Origin: a virus
Length of the DNA: 64,000 bases
IMG/VR virus record: IMGVR_UViG_3300042518_001429
Coordinates: 1-64,000 of that record
Direction: 5' to 3' (one strand)
Within the stretch, counting starts at the first letter, position 1. Every line of letters begins with the position of its first letter. The translations under genes were made by a program, and so were the position numbers. Below are positions 55,710 through 64,000 of this stretch, in pieces. Under the pieces are notes generated by a model. The model had not been told where the DNA came from. It saw only the letters and a list, made by a program, of their open reading frames with translations, and ran no database searches.

Positions 55710-57149
55710 TTATTTATAGAGTAAAGTTGTGTCTTCCAGTGTTATAGCTGTTTCACCATCTTCTTCTTTAACTAAGTATATAAGGTTTGGCTCTGATGGA
55801 ATATAAGTACAACCGGGTACAAAGGTAGGTGGGTAGTTTTCTCCGGTATTACCGAAATAAATAGCAGGGATATTCTCTACTATTTGTTTAATAGGTGCTG
55901 ACGGTTTTGTGGGTGTAACAGCTTTTGATGACTCTGTACTTGTTAATGTTGTTAGTACGGTAAGATTTTTATTTATTTCTATTCCGTAAAAATCTCCTTT
56001 TGTTGTATTTTTAGCTTTTAGTAGCTGAATATTTTGTGTTTGAGGTTCTAATAAAATAGGTCCAACAACTATAGAACAACTATCAAATGAATTAGTACTA
56101 GCACTATAACAAGTTAATGACGGATAAAATACAGGGTATGTATCAGCATTACGATGCAGTGTATACGTGAAATCATAATTTCTTGGATCTAATGGGTCAC
56201 TGAAATAGGTGTTATTGTAAGTGAAATATTTACTATCTGGTGTTGTGTATCTTGTTACGGTTTTGATTGAAGTTCCGTCACCTGGGTTCCAATCAATTCT
56301 ATCTATTGGGAAGCTTCCGGTTTTGGTATTTTTCGGTGATAGTTTGTATGTAAGCGGGGAGTAGCCTGTGAGTGGCAGTGTATCGTTATGAATAGCTGCG
56401 ACAGGCATGAGCTCTTTAACTTCAACTATAAAAGTTTTTAATGCTGTTTGTTCAGTTGTGTCAATTGTAGCTTTAGCTATTTCTCCTAAATCGCAAATAT
56501 AATCGTTAACTTCATAATCCCAGCGCTTGTAAAAATCACCATATCTATAAGTTTGAAACCAATAGACGGGATTCTTGCCTTTTAAACTCAAATCTCTCCA
56601 GTTCCAAACTTTACAAAATTTTTGAAAACATGTGTCCTCTTCTGACCACCATTTAGGTCGTCTATTAACTGCTGTAGCTGGCGGAACACACATTGTTTCG
56701 TTCCATGTAGTTTTTCTTAAGCTATCACATGTAAGATTGTCCCAGTACCAACCTATCTTATATCTACTAATACATAAGTCGTCTTCATCCTCTAAAGGTT
56801 GATTTTCTTTTGATTGAATGTTTGTTAAAGATACATTGTATTTTCCTGGTAAAATGTAAGTGTGTTCAATAACCTCTTGGCAAGGCAACACTGCAACATT
56901 GTTAACAGAATTATAATAGTCTCCAAAATTCCAAATATATGTTGCTGATACATTTGCGAATCCTGCATAAACTAAATCTGTTATATTTGTTTTAAAAATA
57001 ACTTTTACACCTGGAGCATACCCAGAAATGTATTCAGTAGTGCTATCAGCAACGGTATAGGTAGGAGTAGTTTCAAGAGGATTTCCAATATCCCAAGAAT
57101 AACTTTCAGGTACAGTGCTTCCTGATATTATATAAAAATCCGTTGTCAT
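55710..57149 (-). CDS. PKD-domain structural protein with Trp/Cys-rich insert
   Basis: YIWNFGD...HTY..PG.YNVSL and WNPGDGT PKD motifs. Confidence 0.7.
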   Translation of the reverse strand: MTTDFYIISGSTVPESYSWDIGNPLETTPTYTVADSTTEYISGYAPGVKVIFKTNITDLVYAGFANVSATYIWNFGDYYNSVNNVAVLPCQEVIEHTYILPGKYNVSLTNIQSKENQPLEDEDDLCISRYKIGWYWDNLTCDSLRKTTWNETMCVPPATAVNRRPKWWSEEDTCFQKFCKVWNWRDLSLKGKNPVYWFQTYRYGDFYKRWDYEVNDYICDLGEIAKATIDTTEQTALKTFIVEVKELMPVAAIHNDTLPLTGYSPLTYKLSPKNTKTGSFPIDRIDWNPGDGTSIKTVTRYTTPDSKYFTYNNTYFSDPLDPRNYDFTYTLHRNADTYPVFYPSLTCYSASTNSFDSCSIVVGPILLEPQTQNIQLLKAKNTTKGDFYGIEINKNLTVLTTLTSTESSKAVTPTKPSAPIKQIVENIPAIYFGNTGENYPPTFVPGCTYIPSEPNLIYLVKEEDGETAITLEDTTLLYK

Positions 57150-57164
57150 GTATGTTAATCTAAG

Positions 57165-57437
57165 TTATACCTGCTGTCCAAGCCATATCTGTACCGGTGT
57201 ATTCACTTCTATTCTAAACTGTTCTACAAAAGATAGGTCTGGTTCGTTTTGATGTACTACATTTACATGCCATCCTTCTATAAAAGTAGGAGCTGTTAAT
57301 TGGTTACCTTCTTCATCATAAGTTCCGGGCTGATCTACTATCTGACCTACTTCACTGACGCTAACACCCTCTGGCCATTCATCAAGAGGCGGTACCAGGT
57401 CTTTACTAGGAAATTTATAATATTTGTATTGTAGCAT
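57165..57437 (-). CDS. small accessory protein following lectin-like fibre genes
   Basis: G.YDEEGN.L.AP....GWHVN...TP...W motif. Confidence 0.65.
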   Translation of the reverse strand: MLQYKYYKFPSKDLVPPLDEWPEGVSVSEVGQIVDQPGTYDEEGNQLTAPTFIEGWHVNVVHQNEPDLSFVEQFRIEVNTPVQIWLGQQV

Positions 57438-57445
57438 AAAATTAT

Positions 57446-59308
57446 TTAAGAGGTTATAAGTCTTAATCTATTGTTTGAAAGTCTTGTAGGCCAGTAAGTG
57501 ATTTTGCGGAGATAATTGTTAAGATAAAATTGTGAGCCATTTAATGAGCCAAGGGACAGGCGGTTTATATTATAGGGAGGAATTCTTGTAGTATTGAGCG
57601 TTGTTAAAATAGAATTTTGAGCAGCTTGAGTATTACCTAGTTTATAGGTACCTATCATTTCATATATTGTATTAAGCTGACTATTGTTTGTAAAATTAAG
57701 AGTAGTTGATACACCGTTATTCCATACTGTAAAACCGTGAGCATCTGCATAACTTTGCAAAGTAATATTATTAGTTGTATTAGAAGAATTGGTAAATGAA
57801 ACTATTTTCCAATCGCTTGGTGAATTAACTTTATAAATTTCTGCAAATAATGTTCCTTGTTCTTGATTATAAAACGAATCGACTGTATTTACATAAGCAA
57901 AATCTGCAGATCTCGTAGCCGACAAACCAGCTGTAGGAATATAAGAAGTCGGAAATGTTCCTTGTTCAAGCTGTGGGGCAGCGATACGAAGAGTTATATC
58001 AATTACATCACCATTATCTATACCTATTAATTCAATTTGAGAATTAACAAAAGATGCTGTTGGTTCTATTAAAGTTCTTGTTGCGGTATATCTTTTTAAC
58101 TCAACACCGCTTATATTATTAGATTGAGTTCGTTGTAAAAATGTCCCCGCGGAATCTCTTTCTACAGTAGAGAGCCAAAGATTAGATATATTAGCAGTTG
58201 ATCCGGAAAGCACCCCCACGTAGCAAGAACCTGTCCAAGTTTGGTTAGGAAGTGCTGATAATTGAGTAGTAGAATTAAATCTAACAGCAATATTGTTAGA
58301 CCCAATTTGCGTACACGTACCACTAAACTTTATATCTATGTAAGAAAACCCATTTAGTGTTCCTGTATTTACAATTTCTCGGTTAATGCCGCTCGGACCA
58401 CTAGTATCCCAACCAAAAATTGGCATAGTTCCTGGTGCACCGACAATAGCACCTATAGCTTGAGAATTATATATACTATTAGTTCTAGACTCTTCAATTA
58501 AAAGCCCTCTAGGTACCCCGGTAGTAACTGCTGTTGTAGTTGTAGGGATGTAGCTTGTGGCCGATAGACCTGTCTCAACTTGAGCACCCCATAAAAAGAC
58601 TCCTGAAGAACCATCCCCTGTATAGCTTCCAGCAAAGGTGGAACTGTTACTTGAAGCAAGTCCAACAACAGTTAAAGTATTACTAGAGCTTAAAGCTGTT
58701 GAGGTTATTGAGCACCGGTACCATCCGTTGCTTAAAGCTGATATGGAGGGGGTTATATTACCTAAAGTTGTGAATATACTGCCATTACCTGTCAAATTAA
58801 AATATGAATATCTTGTACCTAAACCAAAAGGACCACTTACAGAAGGGTCGTTATAAAGCTCTACATAAATGCTATTACGCCCGTTAGGTTTAACAAAAAC
58901 CGAGTATGTAAATGGCCCTGCAAACGGGATTGTTATAGATCGAGATACTACATGAAAAGTGTTAGGATCAGTGTTTTCAATAACTCTATCAGCTGTTGAA
59001 GTGCCAATCGGATCTGTTGTATTATTTGCTGTAACTGTTAATTGATTTGGACTCCATTGATCAAAGTCTTGACTAAAAGTTCTATAATTCGTCCTAAAAT
59101 CTCCGTATTCAAATCTCGGAACATCATTAGGTACTGTAGAAAGAATGCCTGTAGAAGTGAACACAGTAGCTGAAGAAGCTCTAGTAAATGTTATATTAGG
59201 TCCTACTCCATGATTGAGAGTATTATTGGTTACAAAGTCTCTACTAAATGTCGGTGTAATGACATTCCTCGATCTTCTAGAACCTATATTAATACCGTAA
59301 TCTGACAT
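57446..59308 (-). CDS. carbohydrate-binding/spike-fibre protein
   Basis: FTRASSAT..N.PRF, GLLIEE.RTN, QLEQG.FPTSYIPT, YWPTRLSN modules. Confidence 0.75.
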   Translation of the reverse strand: MSDYGINIGSRRSRNVITPTFSRDFVTNNTLNHGVGPNITFTRASSATVFTSTGILSTVPNDVPRFEYGDFRTNYRTFSQDFDQWSPNQLTVTANNTTDPIGTSTADRVIENTDPNTFHVVSRSITIPFAGPFTYSVFVKPNGRNSIYVELYNDPSVSGPFGLGTRYSYFNLTGNGSIFTTLGNITPSISALSNGWYRCSITSTALSSSNTLTVVGLASSNSSTFAGSYTGDGSSGVFLWGAQVETGLSATSYIPTTTTAVTTGVPRGLLIEESRTNSIYNSQAIGAIVGAPGTMPIFGWDTSGPSGINREIVNTGTLNGFSYIDIKFSGTCTQIGSNNIAVRFNSTTQLSALPNQTWTGSCYVGVLSGSTANISNLWLSTVERDSAGTFLQRTQSNNISGVELKRYTATRTLIEPTASFVNSQIELIGIDNGDVIDITLRIAAPQLEQGTFPTSYIPTAGLSATRSADFAYVNTVDSFYNQEQGTLFAEIYKVNSPSDWKIVSFTNSSNTTNNITLQSYADAHGFTVWNNGVSTTLNFTNNSQLNTIYEMIGTYKLGNTQAAQNSILTTLNTTRIPPYNINRLSLGSLNGSQFYLNNYLRKITYWPTRLSNNRLRLITS

Positions 59309-59309
59309 A

Positions 59310-62300
59310 TTAGTTACTTAGTGCTGTTAATTGTTGGTTGGTTAATTGGGTGTTATAATATTCAATAGACTGAATATGTCCGTTAAAATAGCTAAAACCT
59401 TCAAGTGACGGTAATGCTGATACAGCTGTTGACTGAGTCATGAGGGAGCTACTAACACTAGCTGCAAAAGTACTCGGGCCATATGAGTAAGCTATATAAG
59501 AAGCTGAATTAGCAGCATTTAAATTGCTTGTAAAGTTTGCTGTAAGAGGGGTGTATTGAGCACCAGCTGAAAGGAAATAGCTATCTGTAAATGCATTCCA
59601 TTGAGTGCCTACAGATCCGTCACCGCCTGGACCAGACTTCCAAATACCGTGAATTGAATTATAAGTGTCGCCAATATCAAGAACGGCTGCCGTCTGTGCA
59701 CCTGATAAAGGAACAGCTCTTGTGTAAAATGTTCCTTGTTCTGGGTTATAGAAAGAATCAAAAGAGTTACTGTTAACCTGTATAATATCTTCAGCTCTTG
59801 TTACAGCTGCATTAGTTGTAGGAATATAAGATGTTGGGAAAGAGCCTTGCTCTAACTGCGGAGCAGCGATGCGGAGGGTTAGGTTGATGGGGTTGCCGGA
59901 GGTGTAGCCAATGAACAAATACGGAAACACTCTTTCGACTGATGCGCTGGACATTGTGCGCGTTGCCGAACGTCTTTGGCTAATTAGCGGGTCGCCGGTT
60001 GGAAGCGTGGTGTTTGCGGTAGATTGCCCCGCAACCGAAGAGCCGCCAGCCGTGCCCCCCTGAACGCCTATTCCGTATGTCGCATTAGTAAATGCGCCAG
60101 CTTCAAGTTTTACATAGGCAGAGTTTGTCCAAGTCTGTGCATCGGCGGCTACAACTTGTGTTGCCGTTTCAAAGGGTAGCGTAACAAAGCCTGTCGCCGT
60201 TGGGGTGCCGTGATAGCGGACATCAATGTAAGACAGCCCATTGTCTGTCCCAGCGCCGACAATTTGTCGCGTAACGCCGTTGGTTGTTGAAGTAAAGTTC
60301 CAGTTTGTAGGAGGCGTCCCGGGCGTCCCAGCTACAGCCCCACCAGCCTGCGAGTTGCGGATGCTATTCGTCCGAGCCTCCTCAACCAACAACCCCTGAC
60401 AAACTTTAGTAACCGGGTCATAGTTAAATCTTGGCTTATTGGCTCCGGCAATTCTTAAAACACCATTTGAGTCAAAATATGTAGCTTGAGAATTTCTATA
60501 AACTTCTACCCCAGGCCCTGTGCCAGTATAGAGGGAAGCATCTTCGGCAAAATATTTAGCAAAACCTAGACTTGATAAGGTCAAAGCTCTTAAAGAAGTA
60601 TTTGAAAGACGTTTAGGCCAGTAACCAACTTTACGGATATAGCCGTTTATATAACCAAAATTATCTATTTTACCTAAATGTAAAGTTAATACTTTAGGTA
60701 TATCAATAGAAGTAGTACCTATATTAGCATTATTAACAAAAAGCGTTGCTGAGGTTGTATTATAACTAGTACCCGCTCTTACAATATTTTCATTTAAAAG
60801 ATTGACTTGTGTTGATCGTAGTATTGGAGATGGAACACTATTAACTTGAAATTGAGTGCCAACATAACTAGTTGTACCAATCCGGGTATATATACCAAAA
60901 TGATTTACAGTACTATTATCATTAATTACAGCGAGCCATGGCGTACTAACGGGGCTTTTAACCACCCCTTCAACAAATAGTGTTCCTTCTTTTTTATTAT
61001 ACAAATTTGTAAAACTACTACCAGATATAGTAGCATTATCTGCAGCTTTTGTAACCTGAGTACCAGCTGTAGGAATATAAGATGTTGGGGTAGTGCCTTG
61101 TTCAACTTGAATACCGGCTACTTCACAAGTACCTGTTAAAGCTGGTCCGCCAATACCATGAGCTGGGTATATTTGAAAATATGCATAACTTAAAGGAAAG
61201 CTACTAAATGTGGTGTTAAAAGAAAATCTTTTATACGTTTTAAAATCAGCGGCACTTACATTTTGTACACTATTAGAAATTGTAGCATAAGGACCGAGAT
61301 ATTGAAGGGTATCTGGTCTGTAATAAATTCCAGTGTGGTAAGTTGAAACTGGGTCTGTATTAGTCACCCAAGCAATTCTAGCTACAGCTGCAGCAGTAGA
61401 TTGCGGAACATTTGTTGCATAAAAAGAACAATTATAAGTCCCAGTTGTCATCAATGTGAAAGATGTGGTAATAGATGTATAGCCTATTACTTCTGATTGA
61501 GTTGTAATTACAAAAGAGCTTAACCCCGCAATGCCTGAACCACGTGTACTACTAAGTGAGGTTGATCTTGACCATTGGGAGGGATGGGTTAAGTCATTTT
61601 GGGGTATAAGATTAGTTCTTTGTTCTTCAATTAAAAGCCCTTTTGGTGTAGAGACAGTAACAGGCTGGGAACCAGTTGAGATATAAGAGGTGGCTGTAGT
61701 ACCTATTTCGCATTGAAAGCCGTAAACATAAACTTTAGAGTTTGGATTACTACCAGTGCCAGAAACTACTACAAATTGAGTACCTCTTGGCCCGTTAGGT
61801 GCGCCAGGATTATAATATGTTGAATAGGTAAATCTTTTCCAGTTTGTTGTTAATTGATTTTTAATATCAGGATTAAACCCGTCGGATGTACCTAGCGAAA
61901 CTGCGAAAGCTGATGTATCATCAGCTTTAACCCAAGCAGAAACCGTTATAGGAGTACCTGATAGTAATGGTGGTATTACTTGTATGATCCCGTTTCGGGC
62001 AAATGTAGGGGAAATATATATACTAGAAGATAATGGTATAGACCATGCTGAATTAGCAACGCCATCTGGTCCGACAGTATCTTGCCGCCAATCTGGAGAT
62101 TTTGTACCATACCCAACCCAAGCACTTGAATTAATATCATTAGAAGCTGAAAGAAGATTAGTTCTATGATCACTCCATTCAAATCTCGGTTCATTGATAT
62201 TTGCCAGAGCTATATTGCCGTTCCGGTCAATGTAAGTTGCCGAAGTACTTCTAGTAAAAGAAATATCCGGGCCAATTCTAGTTAAAGAAGGAAGAGCTCC

Positions 62301-62423
62301 AACAGATATCGGGCCATTGAGTTGAGGATCTAAAGTAAAATCTCGATAAAATGTTGGCTTCTCTGATCTAAGACCGGAGAGAGAAGCTTGCTGTTGAGAA
62401 AATGCTATAAAATTATTAAACAT
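59310..62423 (-). CDS. carbohydrate-binding/spike-fibre protein with tandem modules
   Basis: Two tandem copies of the module set in 57446..59308; contains a GC-rich patch. Confidence 0.75.
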   Translation of the reverse strand: MFNNFIAFSQQQASLSGLRSEKPTFYRDFTLDPQLNGPISVGALPSLTRIGPDISFTRSTSATYIDRNGNIALANINEPRFEWSDHRTNLLSASNDINSSAWVGYGTKSPDWRQDTVGPDGVANSAWSIPLSSSIYISPTFARNGIIQVIPPLLSGTPITVSAWVKADDTSAFAVSLGTSDGFNPDIKNQLTTNWKRFTYSTYYNPGAPNGPRGTQFVVVSGTGSNPNSKVYVYGFQCEIGTTATSYISTGSQPVTVSTPKGLLIEEQRTNLIPQNDLTHPSQWSRSTSLSSTRGSGIAGLSSFVITTQSEVIGYTSITTSFTLMTTGTYNCSFYATNVPQSTAAAVARIAWVTNTDPVSTYHTGIYYRPDTLQYLGPYATISNSVQNVSAADFKTYKRFSFNTTFSSFPLSYAYFQIYPAHGIGGPALTGTCEVAGIQVEQGTTPTSYIPTAGTQVTKAADNATISGSSFTNLYNKKEGTLFVEGVVKSPVSTPWLAVINDNSTVNHFGIYTRIGTTSYVGTQFQVNSVPSPILRSTQVNLLNENIVRAGTSYNTTSATLFVNNANIGTTSIDIPKVLTLHLGKIDNFGYINGYIRKVGYWPKRLSNTSLRALTLSSLGFAKYFAEDASLYTGTGPGVEVYRNSQATYFDSNGVLRIAGANKPRFNYDPVTKVCQGLLVEEARTNSIRNSQAGGAVAGTPGTPPTNWNFTSTTNGVTRQIVGAGTDNGLSYIDVRYHGTPTATGFVTLPFETATQVVAADAQTWTNSAYVKLEAGAFTNATYGIGVQGGTAGGSSVAGQSTANTTLPTGDPLISQRRSATRTMSSASVERVFPYLFIGYTSGNPINLTLRIAAPQLEQGSFPTSYIPTTNAAVTRAEDIIQVNSNSFDSFYNPEQGTFYTRAVPLSGAQTAAVLDIGDTYNSIHGIWKSGPGGDGSVGTQWNAFTDSYFLSAGAQYTPLTANFTSNLNAANSASYIAYSYGPSTFAASVSSSLMTQSTAVSALPSLEGFSYFNGHIQSIEYYNTQLTNQQLTALSN

Positions 62424-63571
62424 TAGACGAAAACTCCTACACCGAAGAGTTCATTGTTTGTTTTATAAATGAACATTCCGGAGTAAGGTGTATTGTTTTC
62501 AGTCCCTGAAGCATTAAGAGGTGAGCCAGCTGATAGATATATTGATCCAGTACCAACATTAACAATTGAAACGTTAAACCCGTTTAATAAGCTTCCTGGA
62601 AACTGAGCCGTGATGGCAGGTGTTGTTGTTGTATTGAAGTTAAATGCTCTACCGGAATCTGTATCGGTAAATATAATATTTGAACTTGTAGTAGCAGAAA
62701 CTTGATAGTTAGTAACTCTTAATGAACTAATAGCTACATTTGAAGTTGAAAGATAGTTAGTAACGGTGGGAATAATATCAGAGGACTCTTCCCAGGAAGC
62801 AGAATTCGCGCGAACCAAGCTTGAAGCTGCATTCCAAAGATCGGAAGTACCACCAGGGGTATTAATAACAGCTGCTGAAATATTACCGATAACAGTTAAA
62901 GCTTGACCGGTTAAGGGAAGACCGGAAATACCTACTTGACCTGTAGCGGTGTTGATTATAAAGGAAGTGAGAGTTGTTGTACCAGTTCTACTTGAACCAA
63001 TAAATCTATTAGTAGGTTCTTCATAACGAATTCTAAAACCAGAAAAAGATCCCGTTCGAGTTTCACCGATATCAAAAATAGGGTCAACACCATCATTAGC
63101 AGGATCGTGAACAAGAGTAAATGTTCGAGCGCTTAAAGACCCAATGCCAATTGCAGTAGCTGAAGTAGCGCCTATAAATGAGCCATTAAATGTAATAGAA
63201 CTCATTGTTACATTTGAAGTAGAAAGGTATCTAGTAACTGTAGGAAGAATATCAGCGGACTCTTCCCAAGAAGCAGAACTATTTTGTACTATAGTTGCAA
63301 CATTAGCTGCTCTATTCCAGTTAGCAGAATTAGATTCTACAACTGTTGATGAACTGTCATACCGGCTAGAAACAGAACTAAAGACGGTAGATCTATTAAA
63401 TGCAGTATTCCAGTTAACAGAATTACCGGAAAGTGTATAAGCTGAAGCTAAAGAAAGTACTTGGGATACATTAGTTTTATATTCAGTAGAACCGTCGGCA
63501 TTATATCCTACTAAAAAGTCTGCTGTATCTGGAGTTTTAAGGTTAAAATCTAAAAAGCTATTGTCGGCCAT
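62423..63571 (-). CDS. fibre-like structural protein
   Basis: Two WEES.DI.PTVT.YLST modules; late promoter upstream. Confidence 0.7.
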   Translation of the reverse strand: MADNSFLDFNLKTPDTADFLVGYNADGSTEYKTNVSQVLSLASAYTLSGNSVNWNTAFNRSTVFSSVSSRYDSSSTVVESNSANWNRAANVATIVQNSSASWEESADILPTVTRYLSTSNVTMSSITFNGSFIGATSATAIGIGSLSARTFTLVHDPANDGVDPIFDIGETRTGSFSGFRIRYEEPTNRFIGSSRTGTTTLTSFIINTATGQVGISGLPLTGQALTVIGNISAAVINTPGGTSDLWNAASSLVRANSASWEESSDIIPTVTNYLSTSNVAISSLRVTNYQVSATTSSNIIFTDTDSGRAFNFNTTTTPAITAQFPGSLLNGFNVSIVNVGTGSIYLSAGSPLNASGTENNTPYSGMFIYKTNNELFGVGVFV

Positions 63572-63575
63572 ATAT

Positions 63576-64000
63576 TTATTTAACTCCTACTCTAATTAAA
63601 TTTTGTCCATTTATACGAATAAGGTTATTATTATTTATGCGTATAAGATTCGATCTTAATAATGTGGTAATATTTAAAGATGAATATATTGGACCGGCAT
63701 CATTTGTTACACTAAATGACAGATTAAAGCTTTGAGGTGTAGTTGGTGTAAGACAAGTAAAAAGTCCAGTACTTGTTAGGGACGCCCATTCAGGAAAATT
63801 AATTGATTCAAATGTACAATTATTTGGGGTTACTAATAGTTGTTGAGTGTAACTAGCACTAACAGGTAGGGTTACATTGAGATCAGAAAGTATAGCCGGT
63901 GGTAGGCTTTCTTCAAGTTGTGGAGTGTATATTTTTATATCTTCAACCGTTAATTCCGGTTCATTATTGATATAAATCGATATAATAGTATCTTTATTAG
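63576..64000 (-). CDS. 3' part of CDS entering from right edge; Ig-like domain and terminal NLIR(I/V) x3
   Basis: Manual translation open to TAA 63576; FPEWASLTSTGLFT..TPT Ig-like motif. Confidence 0.6.
   Translation of the reverse strand, partial: NKDTIISIYINNEPELTVEDIKIYTPQLEESLPPAILSDLNVTLPVSASYTQQLLVTPNNCTFESINFPEWASLTSTGLFTCLTPTTPQSFNLSFSVTNDAGPIYSSLNITTLLRSNLIRINNNNLIRINGQNLIRVGVK

Noticed and set aside
57446-62423. Diversity-generating retroelement TR/VR pair
   Set aside because: No reverse transcriptase in the window, and the repeated modules differ at all base types rather than only at adenines.

Overview
This window is a 64-kb, AT-rich segment of a large T4-like (Tevenvirinae-type core gene set) myophage. 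It carries portal (gp20), prohead protease (gp21), scaffold (gp22), major capsid (gp23), head completion (gp4), neck (gp13/gp14), a gp5-like baseplate hub, and many fibre, lectin and LRR structural proteins. It also has a lysis cluster with RmuC embedded in it, RNase H, PhoH, DenV, and a phage tmRNA with a long 33-codon tag. Most genes have a TAAATA late-promoter motif only about 6-8 nt before the start codon and no Shine-Dalgarno, which suggests (near-)leaderless expression. The standout is an intergenic group I intron ribozyme at 6471-6732. Its P3-P9 core and omega-G are intact, but no 5' exon lies upstream. Its guide sequence (GGCCCU) instead pairs with a downstream AGGGU/C site. This is a naturally permuted layout, predicted to make a 58-nt RNA circle and to cut the leader of the downstream structural gene 10 nt before its AUG. 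All product calls come from motif recognition by eye; no database search was run.
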